A program made the translations under genes and the position numbers. Shown here piece after piece: positions 1 through 8,555 of a DNA stretch of 26,457 bases; the first letter of the stretch is position 1, and every line of letters begins with the position of its first letter. This DNA comes from a virus (lineage: Duplodnaviria > Caudoviricetes), in IMG/VR virus record IMGVR_UViG_3300037722_001099, positions 1-26,457 of that record; one strand, given 5' to 3'. Under the pieces are notes generated by a model. The model ran no database searches. It saw nothing but the letters and a program-made list of their open reading frames with translations, and was not told the DNA's origin.

Positions 1-25
1 CACCCCACGAAAGGAGGGCAACACC

Positions 26-1000
26 ATGAAAAACCAAGAAATCATCGACCGCCTCCGGGAAAAAACCCGCCTCAAGCACTACGCGCTCAGCACAGAAAAA
101 ACCTACGTCGGCTGGGCCAGGCGCTTCATCGCATTCCATGCCGAGCGCCTCAAGGCAGGCAAGGCCGAAACCGGCGCCCTTGAGGTCACCGCCTTCCTTT
201 CGTGGCTTGCCACCCAGCGGCGTGTCAGCGCCTCCACCCAGAACCAGGCCATGAACGCCCTTGTCTTTCTCTACGGCGAGGTGCTCGGCATCCCCCTCGG
301 CGACATCAACGCCATCCGCGCCAAGCGCAGCCGCCGTCTCCCCGCCGTCTTCACCCGGGCGGAGGTCAATCTCGTCCTCGACCAACTCAAAGACGCCCCC
401 TGGCTCATGGCCTCGCTCCTCTACGGTTCCGGCCTGCGCCTCTCCGAAGTCCTGCGCCTGCGTGTCAAAGACATCGACTTCGACTGCCGCACCCTCACCG
501 TCCGTTGCGGCAAGGGCGACAAAGACCGCACCACCTGCCTCCCCGGCTCACTGGTCCTGGCGCTGCAGTTGCACCTCGAGCATGTCCGGCAGATACATAC
601 CAGAGACACCGCAGCCGGCGTCGGCGCCAGTATGGACGAAGCTCTCGCCCGCAAGTATCCCCAGGCCCCGCACCAGTGGGGCTGGCAGGATGTCTTTCCC
701 GCCTCCGCTCCCACCGCATGGGACCGCGAAGGCGTCCCCGGCGCACTCCGGCGCCACCACCTGCACCCCTCCGCCCTGCAAAAAGCCGTCGGTGCCGCCA
801 TCCGCCGCGCCGGGATCGCCAAGCACGCCGGGTGCCACACTTTCCGCCACTCCTTTGCCACGCACCTCCTGGAGAGCGGCACCGACATCCGCACACTGCA
901 AGAACTCCTCGGCCATGCTGACGTGCGCACCACGCAGATCTACACCCACGTCGGCACCCTCGGTGCCGGGATCCGCTCCCCCCTCGACATGGTGGCCTAA
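26..1000 (+). CDS. intI: Integron integrase (IntI-type tyrosine recombinase)
   Basis: Catalytic set GLRLSE (R), GKGDKDR (K), HTFRH (HxxR), LGH, TTQIYTH (Y). IntI-specific insertion ALARKYPQAPHQWGWQDVFPA...RRHH. N-terminal HYALSTEKTYVGW and VSASTQNQA; C-terminal SPLD; RBS GGAGG upstream. Confidence 0.93.
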   Translation: MKNQEIIDRLREKTRLKHYALSTEKTYVGWARRFIAFHAERLKAGKAETGALEVTAFLSWLATQRRVSASTQNQAMNALVFLYGEVLGIPLGDINAIRAKRSRRLPAVFTRAEVNLVLDQLKDAPWLMASLLYGSGLRLSEVLRLRVKDIDFDCRTLTVRCGKGDKDRTTCLPGSLVLALQLHLEHVRQIHTRDTAAGVGASMDEALARKYPQAPHQWGWQDVFPASAPTAWDREGVPGALRRHHLHPSALQKAVGAAIRRAGIAKHAGCHTFRHSFATHLLESGTDIRTLQELLGHADVRTTQIYTHVGTLGAGIRSPLDMVA

Positions 1001-1120
1001 ATGACCGACCCCGTTCAAATCCAGCGCCTCCACGAAGTCGCCGAACCCGGCGACAAGGCAAAAATCGCCATCGCCAGCACCGTCACCAGCCCGCTCGATG
1101 CCCGCCCGGCCAGCGCGTAA
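1001..1120 (+). CDS. Small hypothetical protein, 39 aa (MTDPVQIQRLHEVAEPGDKAKIAIASTVTSPLDARPASA), possibly a remnant
   Basis: ATG directly follows the intI stop (TAAATG); fills the gap to the next gene; phage-like codon usage; translated by hand. Confidence 0.45.
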   Translation: MTDPVQIQRLHEVAEPGDKAKIAIASTVTSPLDARPASA

Positions 1121-1122
1121 GG

Positions 1123-1869
1123 ATGCCCATGGATATCACCGCCCTCCTCGATCTCGTCACCAACGCCACCGACCGCGAAGAACTCGCCTGTGCTGTCAGT
1201 GCCCACGTCCAGGCGATGAGTGCCGTCAACAAAGGAGGCGGCAAAAGCGCCATCGACGACCTCAACGCCGCCCGCCAGCTCCGCGACGACACCGCCGAGC
1301 GCCTCGCCGGCCGCTATGCCCCGCACCTGGTCGCGACCGTCAAGCCCGCCGCCGGGGAACGCTTCAAGGACCGCAAGCAGGCCTGGGACTGGCTGCGCTC
1401 CGAAGGGTACATCGTCAGCAAAGACAAGTTTTACGGCGACTGCGCCAACGGCAAGCCCCGCGTCCATCCCGATCGCGGCGTCAGCCGTTTCGAGGTCATG
1501 GAATACGCGCACTCCCTGCGCGGTGCTCTGGTTTCCCCGCCCAAAAACACCGAAGAGCGCGACGACGCCGACACCCGCAAAGCCATCGCCGACGCCGACA
1601 AGGCCGAGATCCAGCGCGACGCCATGCAGCGCGAGCTCGACGCCGCCTGGATCCGCCGCGAAGAGGCCGAAGAAGAGACCTGCGTCTGGGTCTCGCGCCT
1701 GCGCGATGCCGTCACCTACCACCTCGGAAAGAGCCTCCTGAATCTCATCTATGCCAGCGGCGGCCAGGCCGACCGCCGCGCCGAAGTGCAAAACATCCTC
1801 GATGCCGCCCTCGCCAGCGCCTGCAACGAGATCGCCGAAAGCAGCGAAATCACCGTGGAGATTGAATAA
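1123..1869 (+). CDS. Putative terminase small subunit (Nu1-like); true start may be ATG 1129
   Basis: Directly upstream of and abutting TerL; central HTH-like segment; C-terminal helix RKAIADADKAEIQRDAMQRELDAAWIRREE. Confidence 0.6.
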   Translation: MPMDITALLDLVTNATDREELACAVSAHVQAMSAVNKGGGKSAIDDLNAARQLRDDTAERLAGRYAPHLVATVKPAAGERFKDRKQAWDWLRSEGYIVSKDKFYGDCANGKPRVHPDRGVSRFEVMEYAHSLRGALVSPPKNTEERDDADTRKAIADADKAEIQRDAMQRELDAAWIRREEAEEETCVWVSRLRDAVTYHLGKSLLNLIYASGGQADRRAEVQNILDAALASACNEIAESSEITVEIE

Positions 1870-3759
1870 GTGCTCCTGACCCCCACCCTCAAGCCCCTGG
1901 CGCCCTTCGCCCACCTCTCCGGCCGCACCGTCACCACGCGCCCGAGCCGCGCCCTGCGCCGCCGCATGCGCACGCCGGAGACGCTCACCATCAGCCAGTG
2001 GGCCGAGAAGCACCGCCGCGTCACCGAGATCGACGCCAAGCCCGGCAAGTGGCGGCCCGAACTCGTGCCGCATGCCGCCCCGATCATGGACGACATCGGC
2101 AAGCCCTGGGTGCGTCAGGTCTGGATCTGCCTCCCCGAGCGCGGCGCCAAGACCCAGATCCTCCTCAACACCGTCTGCTGGGGGATCGATCAGGGTGCAC
2201 AGGCCGGCAACATCTTCTGGCTCATGCCGACCGAAGCCGACGCCCGCAAGGCCATGGGCGAGCGCGTCATCCCCGTCTTTCGCGCCAATGACGACAACAA
2301 CCGCCCCGGCCGCATCGCCCGCTATTTAAGCCACGCTGCCGACGACACCAGCCGCGGCGCCATCCGCTTCAATCACGGCATCCGACTTTTTCCCGCCTGG
2401 GCCAACTCCCCCGGCTCCATGGCCTCCTATTTCGGCCGCATCAACATCGCCGATGAATGCGACAAATTCCCCGAGCGCACCAGCGAGGGGACCGACCCGA
2501 TCACCCTCTTTTTGAAACGCGCCCGCGACGACCGCCACCGCTCCAAATACGTCTTTGCCTCCACCCCGGCCGGCCGCTTCATCGCCAAGGGGACCGCCAA
2601 CTGTCAGCAGGTCAAGACCTGGGCGCTGCGCTGCCCCGATTGCGGCGAGATCGTCACCCCCGGCGAAGAGCACCTCATCATCCCCGAGGGGACCACCATC
2701 GACGACTGCGCCCACGCCGAGCTGCACGTCTCCTGCCCCGCCTGCGGAAGCCTGTGGGACGAAGAAGCCCGCGCCGTCGCCTACCATGGCGGCCGGCCGC
2801 TGATCCTCAAGGGCGCCGACACCCCCCGGTCCGACTCCATCGGCTGGCAGAATCCCGCCTGGATTTTTCCCAACATCCCCCTGGCCGAGATCGCCGCCGC
2901 CCTGTTGCGCGCCCGCAGCGGCGACCTGGCCGCCAAGATCGCCTGGGCCAACGGCTACCGGCTCGAGGATTACGCCGCCGAGGTCACCAGCGACCGCAGC
3001 AAAGAGCATCTCCTCGCCTATCGCTCCGAGCTCCCGCGCGGCCTCGCCCCGAGCAAGACCGCCCGCATTGCCCTGATTGCCGACACACAGCAGGATCATT
3101 TTTACTACCAGCTCTGGTGCTACGGCTACCAGCCCAAAATCGCCATGCACATGGCACAGCACGGCATCGTCCAGACTTTTGCCGACCTCGAGCACTTCCT
3201 CGGCGAATATCTCGACTCCGTCGACGGCCACAAGATCCCCGTCGCCATCGGCCTCATCGACTCCGGCGGCACCAAACGCGGCTGGCAGAAGCACAGCCGC
3301 ACCGTCGAGGTCTATCAGTGGACCGCCGCCAATCGCAAGATGGTCCCGATCAAGGGCGTTTTCGGCAGCAACGGCACGCCCATTACCTACAAGACCATCG
3401 AAGTCTGGCCGGGCACGACCAAGAAAATCCCCGGCGGGCTGGTCCGCGCCAATCTGCAGGTCGATCTCTTCAAGGACGAGCTCGCCCGCCTCTTGGCCAT
3501 CCATCCCGACGACCCCGGGGCCTTGAGTTTCCACAGCGAGATCGACGTCAATTTCTCCGGCCACTTCTGCGCCGAGGTCAAGGACGAAAACGGCGACTGG
3601 CAGCACGACAAAAAGCGCGGCCGCAATGACTACTGGGACTGCGCCGTCTACGCCGTCGCCCTGCGCGAAATATTGAAGACCCGCATCGGCAAAGAACCGC
3701 AACCGGAAGCCGCAAAGAAAAAAACCTTCACGCAGAGCAAGGGGGCCACGCTTGAGTAA
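1870..3759 (+). CDS. Terminase large subunit, lambda GpA family
   Basis: TISQWAEKHR start region, Walker A variant PERGAKT, Walker B IADECD, STP motif, CPDCG/CPACG zinc pair, IDSGG, RNDYWDCAVYA nuclease motif. Confidence 0.93.
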   Translation: MLLTPTLKPLAPFAHLSGRTVTTRPSRALRRRMRTPETLTISQWAEKHRRVTEIDAKPGKWRPELVPHAAPIMDDIGKPWVRQVWICLPERGAKTQILLNTVCWGIDQGAQAGNIFWLMPTEADARKAMGERVIPVFRANDDNNRPGRIARYLSHAADDTSRGAIRFNHGIRLFPAWANSPGSMASYFGRINIADECDKFPERTSEGTDPITLFLKRARDDRHRSKYVFASTPAGRFIAKGTANCQQVKTWALRCPDCGEIVTPGEEHLIIPEGTTIDDCAHAELHVSCPACGSLWDEEARAVAYHGGRPLILKGADTPRSDSIGWQNPAWIFPNIPLAEIAAALLRARSGDLAAKIAWANGYRLEDYAAEVTSDRSKEHLLAYRSELPRGLAPSKTARIALIADTQQDHFYYQLWCYGYQPKIAMHMAQHGIVQTFADLEHFLGEYLDSVDGHKIPVAIGLIDSGGTKRGWQKHSRTVEVYQWTAANRKMVPIKGVFGSNGTPITYKTIEVWPGTTKKIPGGLVRANLQVDLFKDELARLLAIHPDDPGALSFHSEIDVNFSGHFCAEVKDENGDWQHDKKRGRNDYWDCAVYAVALREILKTRIGKEPQPEAAKKKTFTQSKGATLE

Positions 3760-4042
3760 ATCAAACCGCATCGCGCCGCACATCACCTTCTCGGACATCG
3801 AGACCTATAAGCGCGAGATTTTGAGCAGCACCGTGCTGATCAAAATCCCGGACGCGGCCGCCATACTCTCCGTCAGTGAGGATACCGTCATCCGCCGCAT
3901 CAAGGATGGCCGCCTCACCGCCCACAACGAGCACGCCGCCATCGTTGACGGCTCGATGCGGGTCAGTCAGGGGACGCGCATCCTCGCCGCCGACCTGCAG
4001 GCCTATGTCCGCTCAATCCGGATTGATAAAAGTTTGTGGTAG
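3752..4042 (+). CDS. Excisionase/MerR-like winged-HTH DNA-binding protein
   Basis: LIKIPDAAAILSVSEDTVIRRIKDGRL is a typical HTH_17-like motif; TTG start overlaps the TerL end. Confidence 0.75.
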   Translation: MSKSNRIAPHITFSDIETYKREILSSTVLIKIPDAAAILSVSEDTVIRRIKDGRLTAHNEHAAIVDGSMRVSQGTRILAADLQAYVRSIRIDKSLW

Positions 4043-4052
4043 CAAGCCAAGA

Positions 4053-4087
4053 CAGACCTCCGAGGTTTTAAAAACCTCGGAGGTCTG
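4053..4087. repeat. Perfect 17-bp-arm palindrome, REP-like
   Basis: CAGACCTCCGAGGTTTT-A-AAAACCTCGGAGGTCTG. Confidence 0.9.
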
Positions 4088-4110
4088 ACCCTCCTCAAGC
4101 ATTTTCCACC

Positions 4111-4146
4111 GCACAGCCCCGCACAGCCCCGCACAGCCCTGCAGAC
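4111..4146 (+). repeat. 10-bp tandem direct repeat x3 plus a partial fourth copy
   Basis: GCACAGCCCC GCACAGCCCC GCACAGCCCT GCAGAC in the intergenic region before the head genes. Confidence 0.9.
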
Positions 4147-4194
4147 AACCCCCGCCATCCGTGAAAAAATACTGGCCATCATCGAGGAGTTGAT

Positions 4195-4434
4195 ATGGCC
4201 GGGTACACGCTCGCACAAGCCGAAACAAAATTAGATCAATACCTGGCGGCCGAAGAAGCGGTCCTGACCGGGCAATCCTTCGAGATTGACACCGGTGGCG
4301 TGCGCCGCAAATTCACCGGCGCCGATCTCTCCGCCGTCCAGGCCGGGGTCACCCTCTGGCAATCCCGTATCCTTTCGCTCACCCGCGCGGCGTCCGGCGG
4401 CGGGCTCAAGGTTCGCGAGGTGATTCCGCGATGA
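4195..4434 (+). CDS. Head completion / head-tail joining protein (gpW-like)
   Basis: YLAAEEAVLTGQSFEI...RRKFTGADL; between TerL and portal; RBS GAGGAG. Confidence 0.82.
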   Translation: MAGYTLAQAETKLDQYLAAEEAVLTGQSFEIDTGGVRRKFTGADLSAVQAGVTLWQSRILSLTRAASGGGLKVREVIPR

Positions 4435-6062
4435 GCCGCCTGCCGAACTCCGTCAAAATCAACGGCCAAAACGTCGAAGTCCCCCTCACGGTCGCCGACC
4501 GCCTGATCAACTATTTCAGCCCCGCCGCCGGTGCCGCCCGCTTTCAGCAGCGCGCCCGCATGGCGATCAACTCCGGCGCCTACACCTCAGCCGACAAGAG
4601 CCGCCGGGCCAACCAGCGCGGCCGGGTGCGCGAACTCGACGCCGACAGCGCCATCATCCCCGATCTCGTCAGTCTCCGCGAAGAGTCGCAGCATATGCTG
4701 CGCAACTCGCCGATTGCCGGTGCCGCCATCGCCACCAACGTCACCAAGGTCGTCGGCACCGGCCTCAAGGTCAAGAGCCAGGTCGACCGCGACACGCTCA
4801 ACCTCGAAGAAGCCGCCGCCGACGAATGGGAGCGCAAGGCCGAGCGGGAGTTTCGCCTCGCCACCGAAAGCCGCGAAATCGACTGCGGTCGCCGTCTGAA
4901 CTTCGCCATGATCCAGGCCGTCGCCTTTCTCAAGACCCTCGAAGACGGCGACCTCCTCGTCAACCTGCCGCGTTTTGCCCGTCCCGGCTCCCCCTACAAA
5001 CTCAAGCTGCAGATGATCGAGGCGGCCCGCGTCAACAACAAACACCGCGCCGCCGACACCGCCACCCTTTGCGCCGGCGTCAAAAAAGATGAGCACGGCG
5101 CGCCGGAAGCGTACCAGGTCAGCAGCCGCCACCCCGGCAACTACCGCACCGCCCGCCCGCAGGAGATGACCTGGACCGAGCTCAAGGCTTTTGACGGCCG
5201 AGGCAATCCCCTTTGTCTGCACCTCATCGACCCGACCCGGCCCGACCAGACCCGGGGCGTCCCCTACCTGGCGCCGGTGGTCGAGCTCATCAAGCAGCTC
5301 GGGCGCTACACCGACGCCGAAGTCATGGCCGCGGTCGTCTCCGGCATGATGGCGGTTTTTGTCACCACCGAAAGCGGCGAACCCGCCCTCGGCGCCGACA
5401 CCACCGACAATCCCGACAGCACCGCGTATGACGCCTACGACACCACCGGCATGGAGCTCGGCTACGGTTCGGTCATCGGCCTCACCCCCGACGCTAAGAT
5501 CAGCACCGTCACCCCGGGCCGCCCCAATGTCGCTTTCGACCCTTTTGTCACCGCCATCCTCCGCCAGATCGGCGCCCGGCTCGAAATTCCCTTCGAGCTT
5601 CTCACCAAGCATTTCACTTCCAGCTACAGCGCCGCCCGCGCCGCTCTCGAAGAAGCCGCCGATTATTTCCTGCGCCGCCGCGCCTGGTTGGTCGAGATGC
5701 TCTGCCAGCCGGTCTACGAGGCCGTTATCACCGAAGCCATCGCCAGCGGCCGCCTGCAGGCCCCCGGCTTTTTTGCCGATCCGCTGGTGCGCAAAGCCTG
5801 GCTGGGGACGCAGTGGACCGGCGACGCCTTTGCCCAGCTCGACCCCCTGAAAGAGATCAACGCCGCCGCCAAGCGGGTTGAACTCACCATCAGCACCCTG
5901 GACGAAGAATCGCGGCGCTTCTCCGGCACCCCCTGGGAAGACAAACTCCCGCAGATTCTCAAAGAGCGCGCCATTTTAAAAGCGAACGGCATCAGCATCA
6001 CCACTCTGGAGCAGGTCGCCAGCGAGGATCCGGATGCCTTGAATGAAGGAGACCGACCATGA
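4431..6062 (+). CDS. Portal protein, lambda family
   Basis: 543 aa; RNSPIAGAA, VVGTGL, RPDQTRGVPYLAPV, SYSAARAAL, LDPLKE motifs. Confidence 0.95.
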   Translation: MSRLPNSVKINGQNVEVPLTVADRLINYFSPAAGAARFQQRARMAINSGAYTSADKSRRANQRGRVRELDADSAIIPDLVSLREESQHMLRNSPIAGAAIATNVTKVVGTGLKVKSQVDRDTLNLEEAAADEWERKAEREFRLATESREIDCGRRLNFAMIQAVAFLKTLEDGDLLVNLPRFARPGSPYKLKLQMIEAARVNNKHRAADTATLCAGVKKDEHGAPEAYQVSSRHPGNYRTARPQEMTWTELKAFDGRGNPLCLHLIDPTRPDQTRGVPYLAPVVELIKQLGRYTDAEVMAAVVSGMMAVFVTTESGEPALGADTTDNPDSTAYDAYDTTGMELGYGSVIGLTPDAKISTVTPGRPNVAFDPFVTAILRQIGARLEIPFELLTKHFTSSYSAARAALEEAADYFLRRRAWLVEMLCQPVYEAVITEAIASGRLQAPGFFADPLVRKAWLGTQWTGDAFAQLDPLKEINAAAKRVELTISTLDEESRRFSGTPWEDKLPQILKERAILKANGISITTLEQVASEDPDALNEGDRP

Positions 6063-7144
6063 AACAGATCCATATCTCCGGCGTCATCGGCTGGGACGAA
6101 TCCGCCCGTCCGGCCGATCTCCGCGCCGCCCTCAAGGCAGCAGCCGGCGACGATGTTGAAATTGTCGTCTCCTCCCCCGGCGGGTACGTCTCCGACGGCA
6201 TCGAGATGTTCAACCTCATCCGCAACTACCCCGGGCACACCACCGCCCGCCTCTCCGGCTACGCCATGAGCATGGCCAGCTACATTCCCCTGGCCGCCAA
6301 TAAGGTGCTGGCCGAAGACAACGCCATCTACATGATCCACAACGCCCGCGGCATCGCCTGGGGCGACCACATCGAAATCGGCAAGTACGGCGAAACCCTC
6401 AAGGGGATGAGCCGGCTGCTTGCCCGCGCTTACGTCAAGCGCACCGGCAAGAGTGACAAAGAGATCGAGCAGATGATGGACGCCGAAACCTACTTCTTCG
6501 GCCAGGACATGGTCGAGCACGGCTTTGTCGACGAAATCATTGCCACCGGCGAAGAGACCGACCGCGACTCCTCGGTCGCCGTCGCCTTCTCCGCGTATCA
6601 AGCCTGCCGCGCCACCATGCAGACCAATCAAGACGCGACCGCCTCCGACCTGCAACGGGCCGCCGCGATCTTCAGCGCCACTGGGAATCATCCCGAAAAA
6701 CGAAAGGAAATGATTATGACTCTCGAACAGTTGAGGGCGAATCATCCCGACTTGGTTACGGCGATTGCTGCCGAAGCCGCCACCGGGATGATCACCGCCG
6801 AAGCCCACGCCTCCGCCGTCGCCGCCGCCCGCCTCGAAGGCGCCGCCTGTGAGCAGCAGCGCATCGATGCCGTGCGCGGCCAGTCCATCCCCGGCCACGA
6901 AGCGCTGATCGAAACCCTGGCCTTTGACGGCCAGAGTACCGCCGCCGACGCTGCCCTGGCGATTGTTGCCGCCGAAAAAACGCAGCGCACCGCCGCCGCC
7001 GCCGACCTGGAAACCGGCAGCAATGCACCGGTGCCTCCGGGCGGTGAAGAGCAGGGCAAGACCATCAAGCGCACCGCCTTCAACGCTCTCGGCCAAACGG
7101 AGAAACGCGCCTTCTTCGCCGCTGGCGGCAAACTCGTCGATTAA
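6059..7144 (+). CDS. ClpP-type prohead maturation protease with C-terminal scaffold region
   Basis: SSPGGYV, AMSMASYI (catalytic Ser), MIHNA (His), MMDAETY, GFVDEI. Confidence 0.92.
   Translation: MKQIHISGVIGWDESARPADLRAALKAAAGDDVEIVVSSPGGYVSDGIEMFNLIRNYPGHTTARLSGYAMSMASYIPLAANKVLAEDNAIYMIHNARGIAWGDHIEIGKYGETLKGMSRLLARAYVKRTGKSDKEIEQMMDAETYFFGQDMVEHGFVDEIIATGEETDRDSSVAVAFSAYQACRATMQTNQDATASDLQRAAAIFSATGNHPEKRKEMIMTLEQLRANHPDLVTAIAAEAATGMITAEAHASAVAAARLEGAACEQQRIDAVRGQSIPGHEALIETLAFDGQSTAADAALAIVAAEKTQRTAAAADLETGSNAPVPPGGEEQGKTIKRTAFNALGQTEKRAFFAAGGKLVD
6716..7144 (+). CDS. Nested in-frame capsid scaffolding protein (Nu3-like)
   Basis: Internal SD AAGGA (6704-6708) 7 nt before ATG 6716; MTLEQLRANHPDLV then Ala-rich helical sequence. 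Confidence 0.65.
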   Translation: MTLEQLRANHPDLVTAIAAEAATGMITAEAHASAVAAARLEGAACEQQRIDAVRGQSIPGHEALIETLAFDGQSTAADAALAIVAAEKTQRTAAAADLETGSNAPVPPGGEEQGKTIKRTAFNALGQTEKRAFFAAGGKLVD

Positions 7145-7172
7145 CGACCCTCGCCCATACAGGAGATAGATC

Positions 7173-8315
7173 ATGGCCAATACGCTCACCAACCTCGCCC
7201 AACTCATTTTCGACACCGTCGACAACGTCAGCAACGAGCCGACCGGCATGATCAATGCCGTCACCATCAACGGCAAGGCCGAACAGGCCGCGCTCAACCA
7301 GGATATCACCTACGACATCAGCGCCGTCGGTGTCGAGCGGGACAACACCCCGGCCGCCACCCCTCCGGCCTTTGTGGACGAGACGGTCGGCAGCGGCACC
7401 ATGAAGCTGACCAAGTCGAAGTCCGTCCCCTTCTACTGGTCCGGCGACGACGAAGCCAAGCTCGGCCAGGACATGAAAAACGGCCTGCAGAACAACAAGA
7501 TTGCCCAGGCGATCCGGCGCCTGCGCAACCTCATCGAGATCGATCTGTGCGCCCTGCACGCCACCACCAGCCGCGCCTATGCCGCCCACGCCACCACCCC
7601 GGCGGCGCTTTTCGGCACCAACCTTGGCGAAGTCGCCCAGGTCCGCAAGATCCTCGTCGACAACGGCGCGCCCATGGGCGATGTCAGTTGCGTCCTCAAC
7701 ACCACCGCCGGTGCCGCCCTGCGCACCCTGGTGACCCTGGCCTCGAACCAAGGGGTGGGAATGCTCAACACCGGCGTCCTCATCGACGCCTACGGCGTCG
7801 CCCTGCGCGAGTCGGCGCATATCGTCACCACCACCGCCGTCGGCAACAACACCGGCCCCTATGTCGTCAACGGCGCCCACGCCGTCGGCGCCACGACCAT
7901 CACCCTCAAAACCGGGACCGGGACGATCCTCGCCGGGGATGTCGTCACCCTCGGCAGCAACACCACCCACAAATATGTCGTCCTCACCGGCCTCGCCGCC
8001 GCCGGCGACATCACCATCGCCGGTCCCGGCCTGCAAACGGCCCTCGCCGATGGCAACGCCGTCGTCGTGGTCGGCACCTGCTCCCGCGGCATGGCTTTTT
8101 CCCGCTCGGCCATCCATCTCCTCGCCCGTCTGCCCGCCCAGCCGACCGGCGGCGACGCCGCTACGGACGAGCTGATCGTGCAGGATCCCATCACCGGCCT
8201 GCCGTTCCGCTTTGCCATGTACAAGGGCTACCACGCCAACCAGTTCGAGGTCGGCATCGCCTGGGGCGTCAAAAACGCCGTCCCCGAGCACACCGGCCTG
8301 CTCCTCGGCAACTGA
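7173..8315 (+). CDS. Major capsid protein, P22 coat-like
   Basis: MANTLTNL start, GTGTILAGDVVT insertion domain, MAFSRSAIHLLARLP, IAWGVK end; follows protease; RBS AGGAG. Confidence 0.88.
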   Translation: MANTLTNLAQLIFDTVDNVSNEPTGMINAVTINGKAEQAALNQDITYDISAVGVERDNTPAATPPAFVDETVGSGTMKLTKSKSVPFYWSGDDEAKLGQDMKNGLQNNKIAQAIRRLRNLIEIDLCALHATTSRAYAAHATTPAALFGTNLGEVAQVRKILVDNGAPMGDVSCVLNTTAGAALRTLVTLASNQGVGMLNTGVLIDAYGVALRESAHIVTTTAVGNNTGPYVVNGAHAVGATTITLKTGTGTILAGDVVTLGSNTTHKYVVLTGLAAAGDITIAGPGLQTALADGNAVVVVGTCSRGMAFSRSAIHLLARLPAQPTGGDAATDELIVQDPITGLPFRFAMYKGYHANQFEVGIAWGVKNAVPEHTGLLLGN

Positions 8316-8329
8316 GTTTGCCGTTGATC

Positions 8330-8357
8330 GAGCGCCCGACCTCAGGGTCGGGCGCTC
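8330..8357 (+). terminator. Stem-loop after capsid gene (terminator or mRNA stabiliser)
   Basis: GAGCGCCCGACC-TCAG-GGTCGGGCGCTC, 12-bp stem; weak U tract. Confidence 0.55.
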
Positions 8358-8390
8358 CCTTGAACGTCAAACAAGAGGAGTCCTGCGCCG

Positions 8391-8555
8391 ATGAACAAAC
8401 AAAAAAAACACTTGCCCGCTGAAAAAAGCGGCGAAAAAGACGCCGCCAGCGAATTGACCGCGCTTGAAAAAGACGGCGAGATCATCCACGTCTGTGAGGC
8501 TCAGGTTGAGCAGCACAAACGCCTCGGCTGGAAAGCGATCGTAAGGGGGGAATAG
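8391..8555 (+). CDS. Small capsid-associated hypothetical protein, 54 aa
   Basis: MNKQKK...DGEIIHVCEAQVEQHKRLGWKAIVRGE; RBS GAGGAG; stop abuts next ATG; translated by hand (absent from ORF track). Confidence 0.7.
   Translation: MNKQKKHLPAEKSGEKDAASELTALEKDGEIIHVCEAQVEQHKRLGWKAIVRGE

Noticed and set aside
4111-4146. CRISPR array
   Set aside because: 10-bp contiguous units with no spacers and no cas genes.
1015-8291. Long minus-strand and alternate-frame ORFs (e.g. 2326-3798, 5714-7309, 7080-8291, 2457-3629)
   Set aside because: Shadow ORFs of high-GC coding sequence that overlap well-supported phage genes.
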